A stretch of DNA of 25,175 bases, taken from a virus. Lineage: Duplodnaviria > Caudoviricetes. Of this stretch, positions 14,087 to 23,350 are shown in pieces. The stretch's first letter is position 1; every line of letters begins with the position of its first letter. The stretch is from the IMG/VR virus record IMGVR_UViG_3300042905_000912, positions 1-25,175 of that record. The stretch is one strand, 5' to 3'. The notes under the pieces are model-generated. The model did not search any database. It worked only from the letters and a program-made list of their open reading frames with translations, and was not told the DNA's origin. A program made the position numbers and the translations under genes.

Positions 14087-16711
14087 TTAAACGAGAGCCA
14101 ATGTTCCCAAGACGAATCTACGATATGCGCCGCTGATGCGAAACGGCGACAGCATTGTGTCATATCGAAACAGAGATTCCATTCCTCTAGGCAAAGTTTC
14201 ATGGAAGGCTGACAGCCACTCTTGCTTTGCAGTCCCGTCTCTTCCACCGTACCAGCGACCCGCATACCAATCGCCATATTCATCTTCAATCGCAACTTCT
14301 GAAACATCGTAACTGCCGCCTGTTGCTTTCTTTAGACCAACAAGTTGCTCTTCTCCGTTTCTACTTTGTCGAGCAACGAACGCATCATTCGCTCGTGACA
14401 GTCTCGTCGTATGCGCTTCAGCGGCGTGAGTAAACTCGTGCAGAATTGTCGTATCAGGAGATCGTGTTGATGTTTGTATCAACTTTCTTGAAGTATTTTG
14501 CGATCCTCGTTTGGAGACAGTGACTGTATATCGTTCAAGATTAATGTTATCAACCCACTCTGCGGGTAGATCGACTGATGCTTTATCAATCGCTGATTCT
14601 ATCTCAGCGACTGTAACTTCTTTAGAAGTACCTCTGTTCACTGCAGAGGGTTTCAACTTCTTTGACCCGAGCGTGGGTCTAACTTCTCGCAAAGCCTGTC
14701 GAATTGCTTTGACCTCTTTTGTATACGCTTCTTCAAGTTCCCGAGTTAGTTCTAGTATTTCGTCTTGAACTTTCTCAATCGCACTTCTAGTGCTCTCTGA
14801 TCGAGATAAGTCTCTCAATGCTCTTGATATTGATGACGCTGACCCGTCAAAATTATCACCAAATATCGCTCGACGGTTGCCCACGTCAAGCCATCGCTCA
14901 CGATACTCTGTCATGGCCCTCAGACGAAAGTTCCCTGAAGTGGGAAGATCTATTGTTGCAAGGAACTCACCGTTAGAGAAGTCATCTCTGATTCTCTGCG
15001 CTTGTTCATAATTAAATACTGCCAAGTCGCCAGAGTCATTGATAATGATTGCATCGTCGACCTCAAAGCCTGAATCTTGTAATGCTTGCTTCATTCTTGG
15101 GAACTCAACTTCGCTCTGAGTTTGTTGCAGTTCATTGCGTTGAGCGTAAGCACGTTCTCTTTGCGCTTCAATTTGTTTCGGTTGTCTGCCGCCTGATTCG
15201 CTTATTATTTCGTCAACTCTTTGATCAACACGACGACCTGCTTCTTCTATTGCGTCAACTGCTTGATCACCTGCAAGAGTTGGTCGTTGCTGTCTTGCAC
15301 CAATTCTCTTCTGTAGTCCGGGTCTGCTGTCAACGAGTTCAATACCTCTATCAAAGTCTAACTCTTTGACAGAATCTCTGAGATCATCTAGTGAACTTGG
15401 TGTCAATGCTTGACCTGCACCAGATGATGCGGGCAAAGGTGCTTCGACTGCGGGTGCAACAGGTATCTCAACAGGCTTGACTTCGGGTGGCTTTGGTTTA
15501 GATCGTGGCTTTGGTGTTGGCTTCGGCGTAGATGTCGGCGTTGGTGTAACAACGTCTGAACCCGGCAACGGTGGGAAGTCATCAATGTTCGGCGGGCCTG
15601 AATCAACTTCAAGACGGAACGGGTCTGCTTGAGTACCTGTACCGATCGTCTTCGGCGGTTCTTTCGCAGTGTTGAGACGCATCGTGCAACGACAGTTCGG
15701 GTGCGCTGGCGGTGTCTTTACTTCACCGATACCTGTCGAGAACTTCCCCATCAACGGAACAGTCTTGCCTTGCAACTTCGAGCAGATCGGGCATACGTCC
15801 ATCGGTGACGCACTCCACGTCTTCGTTGCTTTGTTCTTATCGATGAGACCCTTCTTCGATGCTTGTTCCCATGCTTGCTGACGACCCTCTTCTGCTGATC
15901 TGATGATCTCTGTGCGTGCGATCGTGCGTGCTCTTGCTTTGCGAAGTTTCTCTGCGTAAGCGTCAGTCTTCTTGCGTATCTCTTCAACTGCTTTCGTGCC
16001 TTCGATGCCACGTCGAGCGAGGTCTTCAGCGATATCGTTCGCTCGATTCCATACTGCTTTCTCGTACTGTCGTGTGAGTCCGTTGCAGTTCGCACCGATC
16101 TGAGTTGCTGTGATGCGACCGTACTCTGTGCCTGTGCCGATATCTTGCAAGATCGTTCGTAGTGCAGAACTTGTACCTGCTCGTGTTGCGCCTGCTGTCA
16201 TTGTTTGCCCGACGACTTGACGCATCACTGCACGTTGTTCGTCTGCCATGTTCGTGATGAGTTGCCCTGATTCTGTGCGTGCATAGTTCAGAGCGTCTTG
16301 ACTGTTCAGATCGAATCTAAATGATTGAGCGACCTGTGTCGGTGTCAGTGCGTCTGCTTTGCCGAACAGATACTTGAATTGTTCAGCGAGCATCTTCGAG
16401 AGATCGATTGCTTCTGCTGACCCTGTTGACGTGAGTTGTCTGAGAAGTATGTCTTCGATCTTTGGTTGTTCTTTCATCAGTGCTGTGTACACGATGTCTC
16501 TGTATTGCAGACCCTCTTTGTCGTCGAGCACTGACAGATACGCTCGATCAGGCACGTTGTCGAACGCTTGCAAGATCACTGCTTGCAGTTCGTCTTCAAG
16601 TCTTGTCAGTTGCTGAAGACCGACTGAACGATGAGATGGTGTTGTACTGACCTGCGTCTTGCGAACAAGTATCGCAGTCGTCTTGTTGACCTGTCTGCCG
16701 AAGATCGGCAT
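14087..16711 (-). CDS. MuF-like minor head protein with a C-terminal extension containing an HExxH motif
   Basis: RARTIARTE, KTW...CPIC and PPAHPNCRC MuF signatures; Pro/Lys linker; ILHEFTHAAE in the last domain. Confidence 0.85.
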   Translation of the reverse strand: MPIFGRQVNKTTAILVRKTQVSTTPSHRSVGLQQLTRLEDELQAVILQAFDNVPDRAYLSVLDDKEGLQYRDIVYTALMKEQPKIEDILLRQLTSTGSAEAIDLSKMLAEQFKYLFGKADALTPTQVAQSFRFDLNSQDALNYARTESGQLITNMADEQRAVMRQVVGQTMTAGATRAGTSSALRTILQDIGTGTEYGRITATQIGANCNGLTRQYEKAVWNRANDIAEDLARRGIEGTKAVEEIRKKTDAYAEKLRKARARTIARTEIIRSAEEGRQQAWEQASKKGLIDKNKATKTWSASPMDVCPICSKLQGKTVPLMGKFSTGIGEVKTPPAHPNCRCTMRLNTAKEPPKTIGTGTQADPFRLEVDSGPPNIDDFPPLPGSDVVTPTPTSTPKPTPKPRSKPKPPEVKPVEIPVAPAVEAPLPASSGAGQALTPSSLDDLRDSVKELDFDRGIELVDSRPGLQKRIGARQQRPTLAGDQAVDAIEEAGRRVDQRVDEIISESGGRQPKQIEAQRERAYAQRNELQQTQSEVEFPRMKQALQDSGFEVDDAIIINDSGDLAVFNYEQAQRIRDDFSNGEFLATIDLPTSGNFRLRAMTEYRERWLDVGNRRAIFGDNFDGSASSISRALRDLSRSESTRSAIEKVQDEILELTRELEEAYTKEVKAIRQALREVRPTLGSKKLKPSAVNRGTSKEVTVAEIESAIDKASVDLPAEWVDNINLERYTVTVSKRGSQNTSRKLIQTSTRSPDTTILHEFTHAAEAHTTRLSRANDAFVARQSRNGEEQLVGLKKATGGSYDVSEVAIEDEYGDWYAGRWYGGRDGTAKQEWLSAFHETLPRGMESLFRYDTMLSPFRISGAYRRFVLGTLALV

Positions 16712-16713
16712 GA

Positions 16714-18072
16714 TCAGACTTCTTCAGCCTGACCTTGTGGCAAGCCTGCAATGCCTCGCAGATAGTTCTCAAGTTGCTGATCAGGGAACAGCGGTGCGCC
16801 TGCTTGAGCGAGCGACGTGACGAACTTGCTGAGTCCATCGAGATCGATGTTCTTCGGCGGTGTGTAAGTCAATGTCGGTGACAGTTCTTCAGGTACGCCG
16901 TTGAGTCGCATCAGTCTAGGGATTGCGTAAGAGTTGAACGTCTCAGCAATGTTCGAGAGATACGCAGTCAACGAAGTCAAGAACAGTTCGACCTTTGACA
17001 CTGACAGTGCTTGAGTGCCGACACCCTCGTGACCGAGCAACAAGAAGTCAGCGAGCAGACTCATTGTGATGCGCTGGTCGTATCGAGTGATGATCTCGTT
17101 CGTGTCGAACTGACGACGACCACCCGTTGACATCAACTTCAGATCGTATGCAGGCATCTTCGTGTCAGGGTCATACGCAAGAGGGAAGACGATGCCTTCT
17201 TGTTCGTCACGCTTGATCTGACGCACGATCTGCTTGATCGCTTGCAGTGCCGCTTTCTCGTCTGATGTTGCGTTGTTCGACAGCAACTGCGGTGGCACGT
17301 AAGCAACGGGCATACCTGCGAGATCACGTTCGATACCGATTGCTTCGATCTCTTGAATACGACGCTTGTAGTACCAAGGCAAGAAAGCGTTACGAAGAAC
17401 AGATCGACCTTGAGGGTCGTTCAACGCTGTAGTCGTGCGGAACAGCAAGCACTTGCTGATCGGCAAGAACACGAGACCCTTGCTCGGTGCATACGGGTCG
17501 AGTTGGTACATACCTTGTATGCCACCGTTCTCGTCTAAGTCCCATCGTTGCACTGTTGACTGCGATCTGATCGGCAACTTGCGCCAACCGATTCGACCGT
17601 CGCTGAACTTCGATTGCGTTGTAGCGTCGCCCGTGTAGCCACGTCGATACTTGTACACGATCTCGTGATATGAGAACCCGTAGACAAGGAACGTCAAGAT
17701 CGATGCGAGCGTGTCGTCCCAAGAGGTGCTCATATCGTTGAGACACGTCGATACGAAAGCGGCTTCGTCGATCGCTCTCTGATCGTCAGGGTCAGACGGT
17801 TCGACTGACCAGTCGACTGATCGTACGATCATCTCGATTGCGTGCAACATTGCCCCGATCACGGGGTCGTTGTCTGCCATCTCTCGATAGTTTGCGAACG
17901 CTTGCTTGCCTTGAAGTTGACGCAAGAAGTCTGTCTTGACGATGCCGCCTGATTGAATCAGACCTGTAGAACCTACTTCGAGAAAGTCTTTTGACGACGG
18001 CTTCTCTTTGTTCACTCTTGTTGAGTTTGTAGTTCTGCCGTTGTGTTGCACTCTGCTCATGCTAGTCGTCAC
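16714..18072 (-). CDS. Portal protein (DUF935/Mu gp29-like)
   Basis: YREMADNDPVIGA, GFSYHEIVYK, P.GRSVLRNA, EAIGIERDLAGMP and IPRLMRLNG motifs. Confidence 0.9.
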   Translation of the reverse strand: MTTSMSRVQHNGRTTNSTRVNKEKPSSKDFLEVGSTGLIQSGGIVKTDFLRQLQGKQAFANYREMADNDPVIGAMLHAIEMIVRSVDWSVEPSDPDDQRAIDEAAFVSTCLNDMSTSWDDTLASILTFLVYGFSYHEIVYKYRRGYTGDATTQSKFSDGRIGWRKLPIRSQSTVQRWDLDENGGIQGMYQLDPYAPSKGLVFLPISKCLLFRTTTALNDPQGRSVLRNAFLPWYYKRRIQEIEAIGIERDLAGMPVAYVPPQLLSNNATSDEKAALQAIKQIVRQIKRDEQEGIVFPLAYDPDTKMPAYDLKLMSTGGRRQFDTNEIITRYDQRITMSLLADFLLLGHEGVGTQALSVSKVELFLTSLTAYLSNIAETFNSYAIPRLMRLNGVPEELSPTLTYTPPKNIDLDGLSKFVTSLAQAGAPLFPDQQLENYLRGIAGLPQGQAEEV

Positions 18073-18839
18073 TCTGTCTCTCTCGTTGGTGCTAGAGCAC
18101 TCATTGTGCGACCGTCGAATCTTTTGATCGCTACGGGCAGTCTGTTCGCAACGATGCCGATCTTCATTGTTGGTGCTACGACAGCGAGAAGATCATTGTC
18201 TGACTGATCGAAGTACCCTGCGTCGTTCAACGCTTGAGCAGTAGGGAAGACATCTGCGTGTCTGTGTTGTTCACGATCGATCAAGTGATCTTCTTTGCCA
18301 CCGTAACTCATGACGATTCTGAAGTTGATAGGCATACGATCGATGTATCTGAGCATCATCGATATCTCTTTCGTGTACGCATAGAACAACACTTGTGGTG
18401 CTTTGCGTGCGATATATGTCCATCGATGAAAGTATTTCTCGTCGAAGAAGTCTCCTGCGTCGTGTATGCGTACTGCTTTGCCACCGTTCTTCACCCAAGT
18501 CTTGAGCCATATGTCTTCACTGTCGAACGGCAGATCGTGAGGCTTCAGCGTTGGTTTCATGCGCTTGTGCGTGACTTCGTTGATCATCTGTTCTTGCCAT
18601 GTATCGCCCTCTAAGAGCACGTATTCAAGGTTCTGAACGTGTCGTGCTTTGACGTTGCTGAACGTGTACGTGCCGAACTTTGCGTAGCAGACTCGACCAC
18701 AAGAGCCTGCGTGCGGGCAACAGTTGAATCGTTCACCGTTCGTGAGCGTGACTACGTGTGCAGGGATAGTCCAGTTCCAGACTCCAACTCTTCTGAGTTC
18801 GCTGTTCTGAGTGAGTAGTCGTGCAGGTGCTGTGTTCAT
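18069..18839 (-). CDS. GP88-like protein (mycobacteriophage gene product 88 family)
   Basis: W.IPA...CPHAGSCGRVCYA, VRIHDAGDFF and FYAYTK motifs; ATG 18839 overlaps the restored TerL stop. Confidence 0.8.
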   Translation of the reverse strand: MNTAPARLLTQNSELRRVGVWNWTIPAHVVTLTNGERFNCCPHAGSCGRVCYAKFGTYTFSNVKARHVQNLEYVLLEGDTWQEQMINEVTHKRMKPTLKPHDLPFDSEDIWLKTWVKNGGKAVRIHDAGDFFDEKYFHRWTYIARKAPQVLFYAYTKEISMMLRYIDRMPINFRIVMSYGGKEDHLIDREQHRHADVFPTAQALNDAGYFDQSDNDLLAVVAPTMKIGIVANRLPVAIKRFDGRTMSALAPTRETE

Positions 18840-20150
18840 GAGACCTTCCAAGGTGAAGTCTGCGAGATTGAGATTGGTACGACAGCAGGTGCAGAACGAC
18901 TGCCATCAATCATGAGTTCTGTGAACGCCCATACCATAGCGTCGAGTCTGTCAGGTGAGATTGACACGTCAGGTATCCACCCGCAGAGTTGATCTTCGAG
19001 TTGTGGAAGATATCCGACGTGGTGAATCTTGCCTTGCTCGTGTGCGCTTTCCCCGTGATGCGTGAACGAGTTTCACAGGTGCATGACGATCGACAGTTGC
19101 GAGCGTGTGTCGAACCATGTCACCGCCTTGATTAGATTCAGCGACGATACGGTCTGCTTTGTAGTGATGATACGCAGAGACTGCCGCTCTGCCCCATTCG
19201 TCGGGTGAACCACGCATTGTCTTGTCGTCGAGTACATAGCCGTGACCGTCTAGCCCAACTCCTGCGACGATGATGCCTGTCTCGTTGCTTTCAGATCGTG
19301 ACGTGACAGCAGGGTCGACAGCGACGACGATGCGCTTCATGTCAACGTGCTTGATCACACGATGCTGATCGAGCGTGATGCGTTGCCACAGTGCGCCTTC
19401 TACGTCTTCAAGAACTTCAGCGTGTAACTCTTGACGACCGAGTGTTGTGCCTTCGTATCGTCGTCTCATCTCATCAATGAACGCTGGTGCAAGATTCTTC
19501 ACGTTCTCGTACGTCGAACCTCGTGTCACGACGACTGAACCGTCGTCGATCTTCAGCAAGTCTTTGATCACAGGCACAGGTCGAGGGGTCGTTGTGACAA
19601 CGCAACGTGGATACGCACCGATTCGCAGACCGAACATCAACTGATCCCAAGCGTCTTTGTATCTCCACGCCGCTAACTCGTCAGACCATGCGAAGTCGTG
19701 GTTTGGGCCTCGTAAGCGATCAGGTTCGTCAGCACTGTACGTCGATGCTTGAGCACCGTTGTGAAAGGTCAGTCGACGCTTTGATGGTTCGTATCGTGGT
19801 CGTTGATCAGCAGGGAATACTCGAAGTAAGCCTGACTCACCCTCAATCATTGTGTCTCGAACGTCTGACGCTGTTCGCCCTACGATCGCACCATGCTTGA
19901 TCAGACCCAAGTTGACTTGTTCTCTGAACGTCTCTGCACCAGTTCGAGTCTTGCCAAAGCCACGACCTGCTTGAATCAGCCACACTCTCCAGTGACCCTC
20001 AGGTGTCTTCTGCTTCGGTCGTCGCCAGACAGACCAGTCGTACAGCATCTGCTTCTGCTGTTCAGGTGTCAGATCGTTGATCACAGCGAGCAACTGATCT
20101 TGACTCAGACTTGCGAGTTGCTCTGCGACACTTCGTTCGTCAATCACCAT
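18836..20150 (-). pseudogene. terL: Terminase large subunit, frameshifted near 19040 (real lesion or assembly error)
   Basis: Walker A AGRGFGKT, DELAAW, VVTTTP, nuclease AVDPA and AESNQGG. After SRGKRTRA the conserved tail EQGKIHHVG...LEDQL...SPDRLDAMVWA continues in the +1 frame to a TGA at 18836. Confidence 0.85.
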
Positions 20151-20169
20151 TGTGCGCCATGCTCTGCCA

Positions 20170-20682
20170 TTATTCGCCGCTCAGTGCCGCTGAACCGCTG
20201 TCGTCTGCTATCTCGACAAAGTGTGTATCAATGATGTCGCTGTCGCTCTGAGGCGAACCTAGCGTGGTCTCAGAAGACGCAGAGAGTGCGTGCAGTCTGT
20301 CGATCAGCACCTGACCGAGATCAGTCTGAATCGCACCACCGTCTTGACCAGTGACTTCGATCGTCTTCGTAGCATCAAGACCCCACAACTCAGCACGTCT
20401 CTTCTCAATAGCGATCACGTTGCGTACTTGATCGAGATCACCATTGAGCACAGCCTGCAAGCATCGAGTGACCATCATGTCGAGACGCTCGCTCTGAATG
20501 AACCGCTGTTCCATGACAGGCTCGAACTCAGCACGATCAAGACAAGCCTTCACTGCTTTGCGAGCACCGCTTCGATCGAAGTAGCCCATCTGTTCTGCGA
20601 TCTGATCGTACGATGCGCCGAGATTGCGTAAGCGCAAGGCTTTCTGTTGTTTCTGTATGACTTCGACGTTCATGCGATTCAC
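20170..20682 (-). CDS. Terminase small subunit (HTH), putative
   Basis: ALRLRNLGASYDQIAEQMGY HTH, RRAELWGLDA and EVTGQDGGAI; directly upstream of TerL. Confidence 0.75.
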   Translation of the reverse strand: MNRMNVEVIQKQQKALRLRNLGASYDQIAEQMGYFDRSGARKAVKACLDRAEFEPVMEQRFIQSERLDMMVTRCLQAVLNGDLDQVRNVIAIEKRRAELWGLDATKTIEVTGQDGGAIQTDLGQVLIDRLHALSASSETTLGSPQSDSDIIDTHFVEIADDSGSAALSGE

Positions 20683-20783
20683 GGTGTTTGTGTCCTGCTT
20701 CGTGTGTCCTGTTTTGTGGTCTGTTGTTGATGGTAGCAGGTGTCCACCTATTGTTGTGCGCTTATGAGTATCCTGTGTTGTTA

Positions 20784-21086
20784 GTGCGTGACGATGATCT
20801 TGTGTTGTTCAATACTCCGCCGCCGGGTTCGTGGGTGAGTGAGAGTCGATGTATCGGTGTTGAGTCGTCTGTGTTCTTCCCGAAGGCGGGTTCACGACCG
20901 ACTGAGGCGATTCTGATCTGTTCGCAGTGTGCTGTTCGTGTTGAGTGTGCTGAGTATGCGCTTGAGAACAACCAGCATTGGGGTGTATGGGGTGGATTGA
21001 CTGAGCGTCAACGCTTTGCTGTGAAGAAGTTTCGTCGATCGGGTGTTGTTCACCCTCTTGACCCTGTGCGCTTTGATAAACCTTGA
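20784..21086 (+). CDS. whiB: WhiB-family Fe-S transcription factor (start uncertain)
   Basis: C...FFP...ICSQCAVRVEC.EYAL...GVWGGLTERQR: four Cys plus GVWGG. Confidence 0.92.
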   Translation: MRDDDLVLFNTPPPGSWVSESRCIGVESSVFFPKAGSRPTEAILICSQCAVRVECAEYALENNQHWGVWGGLTERQRFAVKKFRRSGVVHPLDPVRFDKP

Positions 21087-21090
21087 AGGT

Positions 21091-21312
21091 TTATTCGGCG
21101 TAGTTGTAGTCGTAGTTGTGTTCGTCAAGTTTGTTTAGACGGATTCGCTTGTTGCGTAATGCACCGATGTGGTGTCGTGCGGCGGCAAGAGTTGTGAAGG
21201 CGTACGCTTCGATCTGTGAGTCGACGCTTGTCTTGTGTACTGCAAGCCATGCTGATGACTTTGCTGTTGAGCGTGTGACTTGCCAGTAGTGCTGAGTCTT
21301 CATACATCTCAC
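21091..21312 (-). CDS. Hypothetical protein
   Basis: Co-oriented with the small-gene run; AFTTLAAAR motif; the start may be at 21303. Confidence 0.5.
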   Translation of the reverse strand: MRCMKTQHYWQVTRSTAKSSAWLAVHKTSVDSQIEAYAFTTLAAARHHIGALRNKRIRLNKLDEHNYDYNYAE

Positions 21313-21340
21313 TGTATCAGCGTGAAGTCGTTAGCCGTTG

Positions 21341-21538
21341 TCAGTTGTTTGTTTCTCGGTACGCAATGTTCTTGAGTCGTCGTGCTTCGTTGCAGTCGTC
21401 GTGCTGTAGTTCGCAGTAGCAGTCGTAATACGGGAACTGTGTCAGGCAGGTGTTGCAGACAGTCACGAACTGGTGATACGTGAATCCTGTGGGTCGTATC
21501 GCATCGCAACAGTCATACGATTCTGTGTATCGAGTCAT
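21341..21538 (-). CDS. Small Cys-rich hypothetical protein
   Basis: AGGAG RBS, ATGA coupling, and CxxC...CYC...H..C. Confidence 0.55.
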   Translation of the reverse strand: MTRYTESYDCCDAIRPTGFTYHQFVTVCNTCLTQFPYYDCYCELQHDDCNEARRLKNIAYRETNN

Positions 21539-22038
21539 CTCTTTTCTCCTTCGTTCAAGTATTGAAGAGTGATTGCGATTCGTTCACGAGCAAGCGAGAC
21601 AGAACCTCGTGCAAGATCAGCGTCGAGTTCTTGAAGTATCTCAGCGAGCAGACGAGCACTCACGTTCGGCTTGTACGCTTCAGTCTCTCGACCGTTGACA
21701 TACTTTGGCAGAATGTACACCTGACTGCGTGAGCGTCGTTCAGTGAGTCGACAGATATATCCCTGCTTGTGCAGTGTTGAGAGCACGCCTGAGATTGCAC
21801 CGTGATGCAGATCAAGTTCTGCACCGAGTTCATTCCATGTTGCGCCGTGTCGCCAGTGACGATCAAGAGCGTTGAGAACGTCTTGTTGACGCTTCGACGT
21901 TGTACCGTCTCCGTCTTGACGCTCTGCACGTTCACGACTCGTTGTTGAACCCGACCACCCTGAAGTGTTTGCGTACGGCGTGACAGGCTCTGTGATCTCA
22001 GCGAGATAGTCGAAGAGTGTGAAACTGTCGCCGCTCAT
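21535..22038 (-). CDS. Winged-helix DNA-binding protein
   Basis: GATWNELGAELDLHHGAISGVLSTLHKQGYI wHTH pattern. Confidence 0.7.
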   Translation of the reverse strand: MSGDSFTLFDYLAEITEPVTPYANTSGWSGSTTSRERAERQDGDGTTSKRQQDVLNALDRHWRHGATWNELGAELDLHHGAISGVLSTLHKQGYICRLTERRSRSQVYILPKYVNGRETEAYKPNVSARLLAEILQELDADLARGSVSLARERIAITLQYLNEGEKR

Positions 22039-22364
22039 AGATCGTTCTCAGTCGTCTCGACAAAACCGTCAGGGAACGGGTCGTACCCTTCTTCTTCGAG
22101 TAGTTCAGCGATGAGATCAAGACATTCACCATCGTTGAAGTGTTCGCCTTCGAGTCTCATGATCTTGATGATCTTGTCAACGAGTTCGTCTTTCAAGGCT
22201 TTCTCCTCTTGCTGTTGCACTGTCGGTCGATCAGTAAAGATCACGAGAGTCTCTGAGTCTCGTTCTAACGGGTCGCCTGCGGGCCATTCTGCTGTCATCG
22301 GTATCTCGTTGACAACGTACGTGAGACCGTCAATGACGATCGTCTTGCTTCGTTCAGTTGACAT
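22035..22364 (-). CDS. Hypothetical acidic protein
   Basis: Likely ATG at 22364 (MSTERSK), overlapping the end of the upstream gene. Confidence 0.55.
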   Translation of the reverse strand: MSTERSKTIVIDGLTYVVNEIPMTAEWPAGDPLERDSETLVIFTDRPTVQQQEEKALKDELVDKIIKIMRLEGEHFNDGECLDLIAELLEEEGYDPFPDGFVETTENDL

Positions 22365-22563
22365 CGAGAGCCACGCTTGCGAAGTATTCGAGTTGAGCGT
22401 CTTGCAGTTGTTGAATCTTGTCGAGACGTTCACAGATCATTCGACTCAAGTGTTGAGCGTAGCCTTGATCTTGAGTCTGATCAGCGACGTACTGCTTCTT
22501 CGTCAGAAGAGTGATCTCGTCGATCATGTCTTCGATCTGATCGTTGATCAATTCTGTGTTCAT
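22354..22563 (-). CDS. Hypothetical helical protein
   Basis: 69 aa, tightly packed in the operon. Confidence 0.55.
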   Translation of the reverse strand: MNTELINDQIEDMIDEITLLTKKQYVADQTQDQGYAQHLSRMICERLDKIQQLQDAQLEYFASVALDVN

Positions 22564-22565
22564 AA

Positions 22566-22763
22566 TCAGTTGCCCGCTTTCATAGTGAAAGTCATTGAAG
22601 ATGATTCGCCAATGAGATACCTGTTCGCTTTGACTTCTTGTCGACGTTCACGACACTCAGCGCACCAGCACTGACGAACTGATCGACCGCTGTCGCTAGT
22701 CAAGCAGAGCGACTTCAAGCAGTATTGACCGCAGTTGCAGAATGACTTGCTCATCTCATGCAC
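22566..22763 (-). CDS. Small Cys-rich putative zinc-binding protein
   Basis: CNCGQYC...C...CWCAEC. Confidence 0.5.
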   Translation of the reverse strand: MHEMSKSFCNCGQYCLKSLCLTSDSGRSVRQCWCAECRERRQEVKANRYLIGESSSMTFTMKAGN

Positions 22764-23316
22764 CGACTTTCATTGCGACGAGTGCTTCCATCTGATCGAG
22801 TGTGAGTTCGACAGTGAATCGAGGTGCGCTGTGCTGATGATCGTAACGTGCGCTCACAGGGCGAACACCAAAGACTTCAGTCAGTTTGCTCACGATTGAT
22901 TCACTGCTCACGTACTCGCTGTTGCTTGAATCGATCATGACCCCGAACAAGTTGTTGATGCGAGCGATGTTGGATTCTTTTGCTTCGTTGTTATTGCGGA
23001 ATCGGTTTGCGATTGCGCCGATTCTGCCCGACTCACGAAGTTTGCTGATCTCTAAGTTGTACTCAGCATCGCTCAGGGTGTAAGTACCGTCAGCGTTGAA
23101 CGTGACTTTCTTGCAGACGAACTGATTGACAGTGCGTGTCAGGTTCTTGTTGTTGTAAACAGTGCGAGCAACTTTGACTTCAGAAGTCGTGATTGCTGTT
23201 GGCATGAAGATCGCTGATGCGTACTTCTCTTTGGATTGAACTGTGCAGAACCCGTCGTAGTTACCTTCGACGATTGAGTGATTCATGAGCAAGTTGCGGG
23301 CTTCGGTGATGTTCAT
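22756..23316 (-). CDS. Hypothetical protein, first gene after promoter copy 3
   Basis: AACAGGAGA RBS; 186 aa. Confidence 0.7.
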   Translation of the reverse strand: MNITEARNLLMNHSIVEGNYDGFCTVQSKEKYASAIFMPTAITTSEVKVARTVYNNKNLTRTVNQFVCKKVTFNADGTYTLSDAEYNLEISKLRESGRIGAIANRFRNNNEAKESNIARINNLFGVMIDSSNSEYVSSESIVSKLTEVFGVRPVSARYDHQHSAPRFTVELTLDQMEALVAMKVGA

Positions 23317-23350
23317 TTCGGTTCTCCTGTTTGTGTTGATGTCGTGTTGA

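Noticed and set aside
19047-19053. G GGA AAG slippery heptamer just before the TerL break, suggesting programmed frameshifting
   Set aside because: It supports a -1 shift, but the conserved tail is in the +1/-2 frame. The EPxxxLY residues would still be missing.
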